This document shows, piece by piece, positions 46,821-57,546 of a stretch of DNA of 64,000 bases (position 1 is the first letter of the stretch; each line of letters opens with the position of its first letter). The translations under genes were made by a program, and so were the position numbers. The stretch covers positions 672,001-736,000 of the forward strand of contig CAVOVB010000002.1 in assembly GCA_963699755.1 (NCBI GenBank). The letters run 5' to 3'. Under the pieces are notes generated by a model, which saw only the letters and a list, made by a program, of their open reading frames with translations, searched no databases and was not told the DNA's origin. The DNA comes from an uncultured delta proteobacterium (GTDB lineage Bacteria; Myxococcota_A; Polyangia; Polyangiales; Houyiibacteriaceae).

Positions 46821-48739
46821 TGCCCGGCTGCGTTCAGATCGAATCGCGCGCGCGCGATATCGTCGGATTCAACGTTGACCTGACGGCTGATGCTCCGACC
46901 ATCGGGAAGCTTGAAATCGAACGTCACACGCCCTAGCGGCGCGTAGACGGTCTGGATGGGGGTCCGTCCAAGGAGGTCGCCAGCGATATAGACGTCAGAT
47001 GGCGGCGTCGTTTCGACGTTCACGCGACCAAACGCCCCGGGCTTGGCGCCACCCTGCTTGCCAAGCAGCTTCGCAGTGACGCCTGCGGTCTCTCCCTGCG
47101 CAACTTGGACCTTCGTCGACCAGGAAGCAAAGCCAGGCGCCTCGACGCGCACTCGGTAGTCTCCTTCCATCAGGCCGGTCAGTGCGACGGGCGCGATGCC
47201 CTGCTCGATTCCATCCAGGAAGACTTTCGCCCCCGGCGGCGAAGACGCGATCAAGATGCGCGCTCCATTTTCCTGCAGGAGCGGATTCTCGTCGATCGCT
47301 ACTTCAGGTGGTCCCTTTTCCTCGAACATGACAGCAACGCGGTCGACCGCGTCTTTGACGACATCGGTCTGATCGTAAGCCGCAGCCCCTCCACCGATCA
47401 GCAGCAAGAGGAGCACCGCCAGCTGCTTCCAGCCAAAGCGCGACGTCTTTTGCGGAGCAGTTTGCGACTTCCGACGAGCCTTTCGCTTCGGAGCCCTCTT
47501 CTCATCGGGAGCCCGAGTCGATTGCTGGCTGCTGGCCGGTTCGGGCGCACTGGCCTTGTTGGCAGGTGCGGCCTGCGGCAGCACGACTGGTGCATCGATC
47601 AGGTGCCCCAGGTCGACACCGTCGGCGGCGCCGTCGATCTCGAGGTCTCGAATTGCACCGGGGACCTGGGACACGTACGACTTCTGGGAATCCAGAAGAT
47701 TGGCGTTGAGCATGTCGACAGAGATCGACGCCCCGAAAGGCACCGTATCCACGCGCGGTCCGCGCATGAACTCCTCCGGAAAGACCTTCTTGATGAAGTC
47801 GGCAACTTCGCGTTGCGTGGCAAGCTGATTGGTCGACTTGCCAAAAGCTTCGAGCTCGCCCGCGAATTCCTCGGCGGTCGCGAAGCGATCGTTCGCGTCT
47901 TTGGCGAGTGCCTTCTGCAGGATCTGCTCCAGCTCGTCCGGCGCGTCCGGAAGACGTTCCTTGAGCGAGGGCACTGGATCCATGATCACGGCGCGCATGG
48001 TCGCTGCTTCGGTCTTCCGACGGTAGAGTGAACGGCCCGTCAGCGACTCGAACACGCAAACGCCTAGGGCGAAGATGTCGAGCCGATGGTCCGACGGCGC
48101 AGCCGTGCATTGCTCGGGCGCCATGTACGCGAACTTACCCTTGACGACGCCTGCCTGAGTCTTGTGCGCGCGATGGTCCGCCTTGGCGATGCCGAAGTCG
48201 AGCAGCTTAGCCATGCCGTTGTAGCCAATCATGATGTTGTGCGGCGAGACGTCACGATGAATGATGTTGAAAGGCTCTCCGTGCTCGTCGTTCGCTATGT
48301 GCGCGTAGTGCAGTGCCTTCGCTACGTCCACTGCGATGCGAATGGCGATCGGTAGCCCAACACCACCTGAGTTGCGTGCCTTGCGAATCAAGCGCCCCAG
48401 GGGAACACCGTTGACCCACTCCATCACGATGAAGTGCGATCCGGCGTCCGCGCCGAACTGATGGAACTGGCAGATGTTCGGATGCTTGAGCTGCATTCCG
48501 ATCCGCGCCTCATCGAGGAACATCTGGACGAAGTCGCTGTCAGTCTCGAAGTGCGGAAGAATCCGCTTCACCACCAAGAAGCGGTGATCGCCGTCGGTGT
48601 CGGCGTGACGAGCAAGAAGGATTTCCGCCATTCCCCCGAGCGCGAGCCGCCCGAGGATGTCGTAACCGGCGAACTTCCCGAGGACGGGCAGGTCGACCGG
48701 TGGTTTGGGCAATTGGCTAGCTGCGGATTGTTGCGTCAA
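46817..48739 (-). CDS. Membrane Ser/Thr protein kinase with C-terminal PEGA domains
   Basis: GGMAEI, VVKRIL, HRDVSPHN, DFGIAK, GKFAYMAPEQ, a TM segment, then SSPPGAKVFLDG. TTG start at 48739 is inferred. Confidence 0.93.
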   Translation of the reverse strand: MTQQSAASQLPKPPVDLPVLGKFAGYDILGRLALGGMAEILLARHADTDGDHRFLVVKRILPHFETDSDFVQMFLDEARIGMQLKHPNICQFHQFGADAGSHFIVMEWVNGVPLGRLIRKARNSGGVGLPIAIRIAVDVAKALHYAHIANDEHGEPFNIIHRDVSPHNIMIGYNGMAKLLDFGIAKADHRAHKTQAGVVKGKFAYMAPEQCTAAPSDHRLDIFALGVCVFESLTGRSLYRRKTEAATMRAVIMDPVPSLKERLPDAPDELEQILQKALAKDANDRFATAEEFAGELEAFGKSTNQLATQREVADFIKKVFPEEFMRGPRVDTVPFGASISVDMLNANLLDSQKSYVSQVPGAIRDLEIDGAADGVDLGHLIDAPVVLPQAAPANKASAPEPASSQQSTRAPDEKRAPKRKARRKSQTAPQKTSRFGWKQLAVLLLLLIGGGAAAYDQTDVVKDAVDRVAVMFEEKGPPEVAIDENPLLQENGARILIASSPPGAKVFLDGIEQGIAPVALTGLMEGDYRVRVEAPGFASWSTKVQVAQGETAGVTAKLLGKQGGAKPGAFGRVNVETTPPSDVYIAGDLLGRTPIQTVYAPLGRVTFDFKLPDGRSISRQVNVESDDIARARFDLNAAGH

Positions 48740-48908
48740 TGCTCCCCCCAATACCTCCCTGCAAAACCGGTTCGACCGCAAGAGCGACCCGGTAGCCGGC
48801 TATCCCCCCGGCGGAAAGTGTCACAGCACACAGCATAGCCGTTCGAATCGTCCGGCCGCTAATTCGAGAGGATGGAATACCGACGAAGTCGGCGAGCTGT
48901 GGGGTTAA

Positions 48909-50087
48909 TCACAAAATACGCTCGGTGCTGCTGAGCTCGCGGCACATGTTTTTTTGGTGCGCTTCCAGGGTGCCGCCGCCGATTTCGAGGAGCTTGGCGT
49001 CTCGCCAGAGCCGCTCCACGCCATACTCGGCGACGTAGCCATAACCGCCTAGGACCTGAATCGCGCGGTCGGCCACATCCTTGGCCATCGTCGAGGTGAA
49101 GAGCTTTACGCCATCTGAGTCGAGCCGGTGGCCAGGGCTGTCCAAGCTCATGGTCGCCGCCGTGCAATAGGTGTAGGCGCGTCCGGCCATGTACTCGGCG
49201 TATGACTGGGAGATGTAGCGCTGGATTTGGCCGAAATCCCGCAACGGTTTGCCGAACGAGGTCCGCTCGCTCGCGTAGCGGTTCATCACTTCGATCGATC
49301 TGCGCGCGATCCCGAGGCTCATCGCTGCGAGTGTGACACGCTCGAGCTCTAGATTTCGCATCATGTGGAGCGTGGCTGCGCCTTCGCTGCCCACCAGGTT
49401 TTCCGCGGGCACCTGGCAGTCTTCGAAGACCAGCTCAGCCGTGGTCGAGGCGCGCATTCCAAGCTTGCCCTTGATCTTCTGGCCAAGGCTGAAGCCCGCA
49501 AACCCTTTTTCGACGATGAACATCGATAGCTGATTGCGCGGGCTCCCTTCCAGGCGAGCGTAAACGAGATAGGTGTCTCCGAGCTCCTCGTCGCTGACCG
49601 CGCCGTTCGTGATCCACATCTTGGCGCCATTGAGCAGGTACCCGTCGCCTTTTCGGATCGCCGTGGTCTGCATGCCCAGAACATCGGTGCCAGCGCCGGG
49701 CTCGCTCATGCACATCCCGCAGACCTTCTTGCCACTACAGGCGTCCGGCAGGTACTTGCGCCGTTGCTCATCGCTTCCGTTGATCTGCAGGTTGTTGGCG
49801 AAGAGCATCGAGTGCGCGAGATATGCCAGCGTGAAGCCTGGATCTGCCGCGGAAAGCTCCTCGTGTGCGATCACCGCAGCCACTGGGTCCAAGCCCGCGC
49901 CACCGAAGCGTTCTTCAACTGTGATTCCAAGAAGACCAAGCTCACCGAGCTTGCGGAAAAGATCGATGTTGAACCGCTCCTCCTGGTCCGACGCCTCGGC
50001 CTGCGGGTCGACTTCTCTTTCGGTGAACGAACGAACGAGCTCGCGAAGCGCGCGATGCTCATCGGTTGGGTTGAACAGGTCAGTCAC
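48909..50087 (-). CDS. Acyl-CoA dehydrogenase (isovaleryl-CoA dehydrogenase-like)
   Basis: MSEPGAGTD, NGAKMWITNG, KLGMRAS, R.SFGKP, GGYGY, RDAKLLEIGGGT. Confidence 0.92.
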   Translation of the reverse strand: MTDLFNPTDEHRALRELVRSFTEREVDPQAEASDQEERFNIDLFRKLGELGLLGITVEERFGGAGLDPVAAVIAHEELSAADPGFTLAYLAHSMLFANNLQINGSDEQRRKYLPDACSGKKVCGMCMSEPGAGTDVLGMQTTAIRKGDGYLLNGAKMWITNGAVSDEELGDTYLVYARLEGSPRNQLSMFIVEKGFAGFSLGQKIKGKLGMRASTTAELVFEDCQVPAENLVGSEGAATLHMMRNLELERVTLAAMSLGIARRSIEVMNRYASERTSFGKPLRDFGQIQRYISQSYAEYMAGRAYTYCTAATMSLDSPGHRLDSDGVKLFTSTMAKDVADRAIQVLGGYGYVAEYGVERLWRDAKLLEIGGGTLEAHQKNMCRELSSTERIL

Positions 50088-50178
50088 AGGGCGGACGTAA
50101 CATGCACGCCCCTAGATCGAAAGCAGATCAGACGCCGACCCCTTCGACTTGGGAGTCGACCCCCGAAAGCCGCGCACC

Positions 50179-50784
50179 TCAGGCCGCGTCAGCGACCGAC
50201 GAGCTGGTCAAAACACTCGCGACGATCGCGCGTGAAGCCGTCGCCGCTGCACGCTCGAGGTCGTCGATGCGGCCGTCCAGATGGGCTTCGGCGAGGCCGA
50301 AGATGATGCTGACCAGCAACTCGGCATGAAGCGCCGCATCCGCGGGCGCGAGCTCGGGGCGCAGTTGGACCACGATTTGGCGCATCCGCTCGCGAAGGCT
50401 CCCCGTGAGCAAGGACCAGCGCCTACCAAGCGCAGAGCTTTGATCGCGGCGATGGCTGAGGAAGACCTCGGCCAACTTGCGGTCGCGAACCAGAGACCGC
50501 GTGCACTTGCGCACGGCTTCTTCGAGAACCTCAGCAGCGCGATCGAGCTCAGCCGAGGCCTCTGGATTGAGGCCGGGGCCGAGCTCTTCCGCAACCCACT
50601 CAGCCACCTGTTCGAGGGCCTGACCCATGCTGCGGAAGTGCACGTAGAAGGTCGGCTGTGCCACTCCGGCGAGCTCAGCGACTCTTCCGGTGGTCAGGGT
50701 ACCGTATCCGTACCGCTGGATCGTTTTCAGAATCGCCTGAAGCAGGCGACGCCGTGTACGTTCCTTGTTGATTTGGCGAGACAT
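50179..50784 (-). CDS. TetR/AcrR-family regulator
   Basis: KERTRRRLL.A...GY..LTTGRVAELAGVAQPTFYVHF. Confidence 0.9.
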   Translation of the reverse strand: MSRQINKERTRRRLLQAILKTIQRYGYGTLTTGRVAELAGVAQPTFYVHFRSMGQALEQVAEWVAEELGPGLNPEASAELDRAAEVLEEAVRKCTRSLVRDRKLAEVFLSHRRDQSSALGRRWSLLTGSLRERMRQIVVQLRPELAPADAALHAELLVSIIFGLAEAHLDGRIDDLERAAATASRAIVASVLTSSSVADAA

Positions 50785-50902
50785 GTCGTTCGTGTAGCAG
50801 TCGAACCCACCTCGTTCCATCGAAACTTCAGCTGCGTTCGTGCTAATTACACAAAAGAAACAAAACTCGATCGGGCTAGGCGCAGAATATGCGGAGATCA
50901 GC

Positions 50903-51961
50903 ATGGGCGAAGAAGCACAGCCGCAGGCAGAGACGAACGCAAATACTGCTTTTGCGCCGGGTTGGTACATCGCCGCGGCCAGCGAGGAAGTGGGATCGAA
51001 GCCGAAGCCGTTTTTGTTGAATGGATTACCACTGGTTACATTTCGCGACTCCACGGGACAAAGCGTGGCGCTGCTCGATCGCTGCGCTCATCGCAACGCG
51101 CCGCTCTCGGCTGGCCGTGTCGTCGCCGGGAACATCCAGTGCCACTACCATGGCTGGGAATTCGACGGTGCCGGCGCGTGCAAGGCAGTGCCTGGATTGT
51201 GCGGTGAGCCCGACCACCCCGGACGTCGCGTTCCTTCTTTCGCATGCCGCAATGCGCAAGGCTGGCTTTGGGTCTACTCCGAAGCCAACGTGGAACCCAA
51301 CGACGAGCCGTACGCCATCCCATGCGCGGATCAAAGCGAATACCTCACCATTCGAGAGCGTCTCGAAATGCCTGGGCCGCTCGATGCGGTTGCGGAGAAC
51401 GCGTTGGATGTTCCACACACCGCCTTCGTCCATGCTGGGCTCTTCCGCAAGAACAAGGATCGCAAGTCAATCGACGTCGTCGTCAGGACGCTCGAAGGGG
51501 GGGTCGAGGCTCAGTTCATCGGCGAACAGCGCCCCGAAGGCCTGGCAGGCCGCATCCTGGCGCCTCAGGGGGGCGAGGTGTTTCACTGGGACCGCTTCAT
51601 TCTTCCCTGCATCGCTCAGGTGGAGTACAGGCTGAGCGATCGCAGTCACATCATCGCCACCACCGCCCTGACACCGCGAACGCCGACCATCACGGACATG
51701 TTTGCCACGGTGGCTGCGAAGGCTCCGATTCCAAACCTGATCTTGCGTACCGTCTTCAGGGCGGTGGCCATGCGGATCCTCCGACAGGACATGGAAATCC
51801 TCCGGCGCCAGACTGAGCAGGTGGCGCGCTTTGGAGCCGAGGACTTCGCATCGACTGAAATTGACGTCCTCGGGCTCCGAATCAAGAAGCTTCTTCGCGA
51901 AGCGGCGAGCGGCCGACCCAGCAGCCCGCAGGACGAGCGCCGGATCAAAATGCTCGTTTGA
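50903..51961 (+). CDS. Rieske non-haem iron oxygenase (alpha3/VanA-like)
   Basis: DRCAHR...QCHYHGWEF (Rieske site); ENALDVPHTAFVH and QD (mononuclear Fe site). Confidence 0.92.
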   Translation: MGEEAQPQAETNANTAFAPGWYIAAASEEVGSKPKPFLLNGLPLVTFRDSTGQSVALLDRCAHRNAPLSAGRVVAGNIQCHYHGWEFDGAGACKAVPGLCGEPDHPGRRVPSFACRNAQGWLWVYSEANVEPNDEPYAIPCADQSEYLTIRERLEMPGPLDAVAENALDVPHTAFVHAGLFRKNKDRKSIDVVVRTLEGGVEAQFIGEQRPEGLAGRILAPQGGEVFHWDRFILPCIAQVEYRLSDRSHIIATTALTPRTPTITDMFATVAAKAPIPNLILRTVFRAVAMRILRQDMEILRRQTEQVARFGAEDFASTEIDVLGLRIKKLLREAASGRPSSPQDERRIKMLV

Positions 51962-53184
51962 CGCCGATTGGTGTACCCTTGGAGTCGATGGAGTCAGGGA
52001 AGAAGTCGGGCTCGACCTACCTCATCAAGAACCCGCCCTCAGACCGCGTGGAAGCGCCGAGCCCAAGCGATGCGCCCGCGTCGAATCCACCCAGCGGACG
52101 GTGGCGGACATCGAACCCACCTCCCGGAGAGAGCCCCGAGGCCAAGTGGTGGCCGGACCCCGAGCTCGGCCGGGCGTTTCGCCGCTGGACCGGAATTCCT
52201 CCGGCGCGAGGGGACGATGCGAAAGCAGTCGCCATGAAGTTCTTGATCGAACATTTGAACGTGGGCTTGCTGAGCGCTGTCGGGACGGCTCCCCGAAGTC
52301 TAGTGCCTCCTGAGCCGCCGGACTTCACGGCACGCGTCCACAACATGGTCACGCGGCTCGGAACGCACGGCCCAAACGAACAATCGCCCGACCACGGTGC
52401 GCTCCTCGCGATGGGGGACGAGGTGCTTCCGATCTTGACGGACCGCTTCCCAGGGCGGCTATGGTTCAGTCGTTGGGAGCCGCATGTAAACCCCCCTCGC
52501 GGTCGTAGCGTATCGGCCTTATGCAGAACGTTCGTCGCGTTTGGAGACTCGGCAGCCCCTTACCTTGCGGAGCTGCTCAAGTCGGACGAGCCCGAAATCC
52601 GCTACTACGCTACCTTGGTTGCCGCGGAGCTGCCTTACCCGAGCGTGATCGAGCCTCTAGCCGCAGCGCTCTTCGACGACGATCAAGGCGTCTCGCGGAA
52701 CGCGCTCGTTGCTCTGGAGGCGTTCGGCGAGCAGAAGGGTGTCGAGGGGCTCAAGGAATCGCTTCGTGCGCTTGCACTTGCATCCGATTCCGATCAGCGA
52801 TCGCGCTTGCTGGCGATGCGCGCGCTTGCGGTTCTTCGCGACGAAGAATGCATCGACGTGTTGATTCGCGCTCTTTCGGAGCACAGCGTCCTAGGCGAAG
52901 CCGCGTGGCGGGTCTTGCGCATGCTCACGGCCCAGGACTTCGGGAGCGACGAAGCTCAATGGCGGGCCTGGCATTCCGACAATCGCGAACGCGCGCGCCT
53001 CGAGTGGCTCATCGACAGCCTCGATCACGAAGAGCCCGAGATTCGCTCCATCGCATTCCGAGACCTCAAACGCGCTTCGGGACAGGACTTCGGCTATCGG
53101 GTCGATATGCCCGGCGACGCTCGTCGCGCGATCCAAGAGCGGTATTGGCTCTGGTGGTCCAGTCGAAACGATCCAGGCGAATAG
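51958..53184 (+). CDS. HEAT-repeat protein with Pro-rich N-terminus
   Basis: Repeats such as YLAELLKSDEPEIRYYA, LAAALFDDDQGVSRNA, LIDSLDHEEPEIRSIA. Start uncertain. Confidence 0.75.
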   Translation: MTPIGVPLESMESGKKSGSTYLIKNPPSDRVEAPSPSDAPASNPPSGRWRTSNPPPGESPEAKWWPDPELGRAFRRWTGIPPARGDDAKAVAMKFLIEHLNVGLLSAVGTAPRSLVPPEPPDFTARVHNMVTRLGTHGPNEQSPDHGALLAMGDEVLPILTDRFPGRLWFSRWEPHVNPPRGRSVSALCRTFVAFGDSAAPYLAELLKSDEPEIRYYATLVAAELPYPSVIEPLAAALFDDDQGVSRNALVALEAFGEQKGVEGLKESLRALALASDSDQRSRLLAMRALAVLRDEECIDVLIRALSEHSVLGEAAWRVLRMLTAQDFGSDEAQWRAWHSDNRERARLEWLIDSLDHEEPEIRSIAFRDLKRASGQDFGYRVDMPGDARRAIQERYWLWWSSRNDPGE

Positions 53185-53188
53185 CGCT

Positions 53189-53608
53189 TCAGCCGAGCAG
53201 CTGGGCCGCGAGCGACGAGGCCAGCTTTCCATCCACTTGGCCGGGGTAGCGGGCCTTGAGCTCTTTCATGACCGTTCCGAGCTCCTTCTTGCTGGAAAGA
53301 CCGAGCTCCTCGATGATCGCGGCGATCGCTTCGCGGGCCTCTCCTTCGCTGAGCTGCTTTGGCAGGTAGCGCTCGATCACTTCAATCTCGGCGAGCTCCT
53401 TGTCGGCGAGGTCCTGCCGACCACCTTCGACGTAGCTCTTGATGCTGTCCCGCCGGGACTTGACAGCCCGAGAAAGCACCGCCAGCTCGTCGGGCTCATC
53501 GAGCGTCAGGAGCTCGGACTTGATCATGCGAAGTGTGTCGCGGGTCACCTCATCTCGGGCGAGCATGGCCTTTTTGAGGTCGGCGTCGATCTGTTCACGG
53601 AGTGACAT
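53189..53608 (-). CDS. GatB/YqeY domain protein
   Basis: MSLREQIDADLKKAM, GRQDLADKE..EI.VIERYLPKQLS, GQVDGK. Confidence 0.92.
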   Translation of the reverse strand: MSLREQIDADLKKAMLARDEVTRDTLRMIKSELLTLDEPDELAVLSRAVKSRRDSIKSYVEGGRQDLADKELAEIEVIERYLPKQLSEGEAREAIAAIIEELGLSSKKELGTVMKELKARYPGQVDGKLASSLAAQLLG

Positions 53609-53631
53609 GACCGAAGCCTGGGCGCACCCGG

Positions 53632-54669
53632 CTACCCGCGCAACGCCTCGATCACCCGCAGCGCATTGCCACCGAGGATCTTGCGAATTCTGAGATCGGA
53701 CCAGCCGCGATCGAGCATCTCCTGGACCAGCCGAGGAAAGGCCCAGATCCCTGGCAAGTCCACCGGTGGAATGATGAAGCCGTCATAGTCGGAGCCAATC
53801 GATGCGTGGTCTTCACCGACGGCGTTCACGATGTGCTCGAGATGGTCGACCACAGTCGCAGCGGTCACGCCGCACCGGCCGAGGAAAGCGGCATGCATCA
53901 TGACGCCGACCGTGCCGCCACTGTCAGCGACGAGTGCAAGCTGCTCGTCGGTGATGTTGCGCCAATGCTCATAGACACCGGCCAACCCCGTGTGCGTCAC
54001 GAACAAGGGCTGCGTCTTGTCGTGTACCTCGACGGCGTCGAAGAAGCCCGGACGGCTGATGTGCGCGAGATCCACGCCGATACGAAGCTCGTTCAACCTC
54101 TCGACGTACGCTCGACCGAAGTCGGTGAGCCCTGCGCTTCGCCCCCCGCCCGGGGCGCTCGTGGCGCCAAGGCGCGAAGACGTCAGGTGAAGCAGAGTGA
54201 CCCGCAGGACGGACTGGTCGGCGAGCACGTCTAGCGCCTCGATGCCCTGGTCGAGCGCGTTGCCACCTTGAATGCCAATGAAGGCCGCGTGCTCACCGGC
54301 CGCCCGAGCCGCGCGGAACTCCGCCGCGGTCCGAACATGGCTAATCCCCGCTGCCTCGGTCAGCAGGGTCCGTAGGGCGATGAGGTTTCGTTCGAGTACC
54401 TGCCGTCGACGGCGCGAGGTCCGCACCGGATTGGTCGAGATGACCCAGGTCGCTCCTCCGAGGCCGATTTGCAGCGCGGTCGGAAAGTCCGCGTGCCCAA
54501 AGAAGCGGCGCCCGAAAAGGCCACCCCGATGAACGCGGCTGAGGTCGTAACCGAAGATCCGGCGCCAAACGAAGGACTCGATATGCAGGTCGATCGCGTC
54601 CGCACTGCGAAAGAGCGCGACGGCTTCCTCGGTGACTCCGAGCTCCTCAGCGATGTGAAACGCGTCCAT
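53632..54669 (-). CDS. Membrane dipeptidase (M19) family amidohydrolase
   Basis: DLH, GLTDFGR..VERLN, VDLAH, THTG, RNITD, IGSDYDG, KILGGN.LRV. Confidence 0.88.
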   Translation of the reverse strand: MDAFHIAEELGVTEEAVALFRSADAIDLHIESFVWRRIFGYDLSRVHRGGLFGRRFFGHADFPTALQIGLGGATWVISTNPVRTSRRRRQVLERNLIALRTLLTEAAGISHVRTAAEFRAARAAGEHAAFIGIQGGNALDQGIEALDVLADQSVLRVTLLHLTSSRLGATSAPGGGRSAGLTDFGRAYVERLNELRIGVDLAHISRPGFFDAVEVHDKTQPLFVTHTGLAGVYEHWRNITDEQLALVADSGGTVGVMMHAAFLGRCGVTAATVVDHLEHIVNAVGEDHASIGSDYDGFIIPPVDLPGIWAFPRLVQEMLDRGWSDLRIRKILGGNALRVIEALRG

Positions 54670-54873
54670 GGGAAGGCTTCCCTAACACGCCCGAAAGGAG
54701 ATCGCTGCCATCTCGGTTAGTTGGCCGAAATTGCTGAGAAGCGGCACTGTAAATCGCTTGTAAATGTCCGTTATCGTGCGCTTTCGTTTGACTCAGTCCG
54801 CCTCTGCACCCAGATTGGGCTCGGCCGGTTAGTTAAGTTGTAAACGGCTGAGGAAGCGAAAGGATATATAGAG

Positions 54874-56217
54874 ATGTTGTCGGCGACCACAGGAGCGACG
54901 AGTGGCAGGTTTACGGATTTGCTCAAGTCCCGTTCGATCAAACACGTGGTGGTTCTCGGCGCCAACGGCGCGATGGGCCTCGGAAGCGGCGCGCTGTTCA
55001 CGACGGCGGTACCGCGGGTCACCTTCTTGGCACGAACCAAAGAGAAGGCGGACGGCGGACTCGCCGCAGCCGTGAAGATGGTGCGTTCGAGCACCGTGGC
55101 GACGCGTGTCGATACAGGCAGCTACGACGCGGACTTCGATCGCGTGGTCGGAGAAGCCGACCTGATCTTCGAGGCGGTGACCGAGCAGCTCCCGCTCAAA
55201 CAAGAGTTCTTCGAGCGCATCGACGGGGTGCGTCGTCCTGATTCTATCGTCGCGACGGTGACCTCGGGTCTGTCGATCAATCAGCTTGCCGAAGGTCGTA
55301 GCGATTCCTTCCGCAAGAACTTCCTCGGCTTGCACTTCTTCAACCCGCCGAACGTCATCGTCGGGACGGAGCTGATCGCTGGCAAGGACACCGACCCCAA
55401 GCTGGTCGACTTTCTCGACGAGTACTGCACGAAGCTTCTCGGACGCGCGATGGTTCGCACCGCCGACACGCCAGGCTTTGCTGGCAACCGAGTTGGCTTC
55501 CAGTTGCTCAACGCGTGCGCGATTCTCGCCGAGGAGCACGGCCCTCTATTAATCGACGAGCTCATCGGCCCGTACACAGGTCGCGCCCTGACGCCGCTTG
55601 CCACGATCGACCTCGTGGGCTGGGACATTCACCGCGCCATCGTCGACAACATCTACGAGCTCGCCCCCGATGAGGCGCACGAGACGCTGAAGCTTCCGAG
55701 CTACATGGCCGACCTGATGGAGAAAGGCGTCCTCGGCCGCAAGACCGGCGCAGGCTTTTTTGGGAAGGACGACGCCGGACAGCGGATCGTGCTCGACCCA
55801 AAGACCCAGAAGTACGTTCCGAAGTCCTCGATTTCGCGGCCCGACCTCGGCTTCATCGATACGGTTGCAAACCTGCACCGTGTCGGCCGGTACGTCGACG
55901 GCATGCGCGCGTTCGCAGAAGCAACCGGCCCTTACGCGGCCATCGCGCAGAAGGTGATCGCTGGATATATCAGCTACGCGTTCCACAGAGTAGGCGAGGT
56001 CACCGACGACATCTCGGGCATCGACAGCATCATGGGGAACGGCTTCAACTGGGCCCCGCCAAGTGTCTTGGTCGACACGATCGGATTGAAGCGGACCGTA
56101 CAGATGATCGAAAAGGCCGGCCTTCCCGTGCCGCCTGCACTCGCCAACGCCCAAGAGGGCACAGCGTTTTTTGATGACCCACAGGTCAATGTGGGCAAGT
56201 TCTTCGTCGCCGCGTGA
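54874..56217 (+). CDS. 3-hydroxyacyl-CoA dehydrogenase family protein
   Basis: GANGAMG, EAVTE...[28 protein letters not shown]. Start uncertain. Confidence 0.88.
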   Translation: MLSATTGATSGRFTDLLKSRSIKHVVVLGANGAMGLGSGALFTTAVPRVTFLARTKEKADGGLAAAVKMVRSSTVATRVDTGSYDADFDRVVGEADLIFEAVTEQLPLKQEFFERIDGVRRPDSIVATVTSGLSINQLAEGRSDSFRKNFLGLHFFNPPNVIVGTELIAGKDTDPKLVDFLDEYCTKLLGRAMVRTADTPGFAGNRVGFQLLNACAILAEEHGPLLIDELIGPYTGRALTPLATIDLVGWDIHRAIVDNIYELAPDEAHETLKLPSYMADLMEKGVLGRKTGAGFFGKDDAGQRIVLDPKTQKYVPKSSISRPDLGFIDTVANLHRVGRYVDGMRAFAEATGPYAAIAQKVIAGYISYAFHRVGEVTDDISGIDSIMGNGFNWAPPSVLVDTIGLKRTVQMIEKAGLPVPPALANAQEGTAFFDDPQVNVGKFFVAA

Positions 56218-56239
56218 GCGAAAGGTTTTGGTGAAAGAA

Positions 56240-57475
56240 ATGGCACAGGTTCCAGACGTTTACATTCTCGGCGGCTACCAAACGGACTTTGCCCGTAACT
56301 GGAGCAAAGAGAAGAAGCATTTCGTCGCAATGATGCGAGAAGCGGTGCTCGGCGCGCTCGAGAAGACCAAGATCGAGCCAGGGGACATCGAAGTCGCTCA
56401 CACGGGCAACTTCGCTGCGGAGCTCTATAGCAAGCAGGGTCACCTCGGCGCTTTCTTCCTCGAGATCGACCCGGCCTTCAGCGGTCTGCCAACCTCGCGT
56501 CACGAAGCGGCGTGCGCGTCGGGCAGCCTCGCCATCCAGGCGGCGTCCGCAGAGATCGAAGCCCATCGCTACGACCTGGCCTGCGTAGTCGGTGTCGAGC
56601 AGATGAAGACGGTCGGTGCAGGCGAAGGTGGCGATTTCCTCGGCACCGCAGCCTGGTACGAGCTCGAGGCCAAGGGCATCGAGTTCCCGTTCCCGAAGCT
56701 TTTCGGAAAGCTCGGTGACGAGTACGACAAGCGCTACGGCCTCAAGGATGAGCACCTCGCCGAGATCAGCACGATCAACTACGCGAACGCCAAGCTCAAC
56801 CCGAACGCCCAGACGCGCACCTGGTACATGAACTACGACCACGCGATGAGCCGGGACGAGTTCAACGGAAGCATCGGCGGGCGCATCCACATCTCGGACT
56901 GCTCGCAGGTGACCGATGGCGCGGTGGCGGTGCTCCTCGCCTCGCCCACCTACGCCAAGAAGTGGGCCGCACGCATGGGCGTGGCCCTCGAGTCGATCCC
57001 CCGGATCAAGGGCTGGGGCCACAACACGGCGCGTATGCGTTTCGAGGACAAGGTCGCCGAAAGCGCGAAAGCAGAATACGTTCTACCGCACGTGCGGACC
57101 ACCGTGACCACCGCCATGAAGCGTGCCGGCATCGCCGACGTGAGCGGCATCGACGCGATCGAGACGCACGACTGTTTCACGACCTCCGAATACATGGCGA
57201 TCGACCACTTCGGCCTCACCGCCCCCGGCGAAAGCTGGAAGGCGATCGAAGCCGGCGACATTGCGCTCGGGGGCAAGACCCCGATCAACCCGAGCGGCGG
57301 TCTCATCGGAGCAGGCCACCCGGTCGGCGCGACAGGCGTTCGCCAGGTCCTCGACTCCTATAAACAGGTCACCGGTCAAGCCGGTGACTACCAGGTCGAA
57401 GGCGCCAAGAACGTGCAGACACTCAACATCGGCGGCTCCGGCACGACGAGCGTCAGCTTCGTCATCGGTACCTGA
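56240..57475 (+). CDS. SCP2/SCPx-type thiolase
   Basis: EAACASG, HDCF (SCP2-thiolase signature), [12 protein letters not shown]. Confidence 0.88.
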   Translation: MAQVPDVYILGGYQTDFARNWSKEKKHFVAMMREAVLGALEKTKIEPGDIEVAHTGNFAAELYSKQGHLGAFFLEIDPAFSGLPTSRHEAACASGSLAIQAASAEIEAHRYDLACVVGVEQMKTVGAGEGGDFLGTAAWYELEAKGIEFPFPKLFGKLGDEYDKRYGLKDEHLAEISTINYANAKLNPNAQTRTWYMNYDHAMSRDEFNGSIGGRIHISDCSQVTDGAVAVLLASPTYAKKWAARMGVALESIPRIKGWGHNTARMRFEDKVAESAKAEYVLPHVRTTVTTAMKRAGIADVSGIDAIETHDCFTTSEYMAIDHFGLTAPGESWKAIEAGDIALGGKTPINPSGGLIGAGHPVGATGVRQVLDSYKQVTGQAGDYQVEGAKNVQTLNIGGSGTTSVSFVIGT

Positions 57476-57483
57476 TCCCCGTC

Positions 57484-57524
57484 GGGAGACACCGGGGTCG
57501 TCGGACCCCGGTGGAAACTCTCCC
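57484..57524. other. GC-rich stem-loop between the thiolase and proS
   Basis: CACCGGGGTC-GTCG-GACCCCGGTG (57490-57513), with outer GGGAGA/TCTCCC pairing. No U-tract. Confidence 0.5.
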
Positions 57525-57546
57525 CCCTGCCTGCTAGGACGGCGCG

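Noticed and set aside
50785..51054. Long N-terminal extensions given by the ORF track for TetR, ChaN, sigma factor, thioesterase and MerR
   Set aside because: Most overlap neighbouring genes; the sigma extension runs through the AT-rich intergenic leader. Downstream starts fit domain boundaries and RBS or stop-start coupling better.
57484..57546. T-box riboswitch or intrinsic terminator before proS
   Set aside because: The intergenic region is only about 70 bp, with no T-box consensus and no U-tract.
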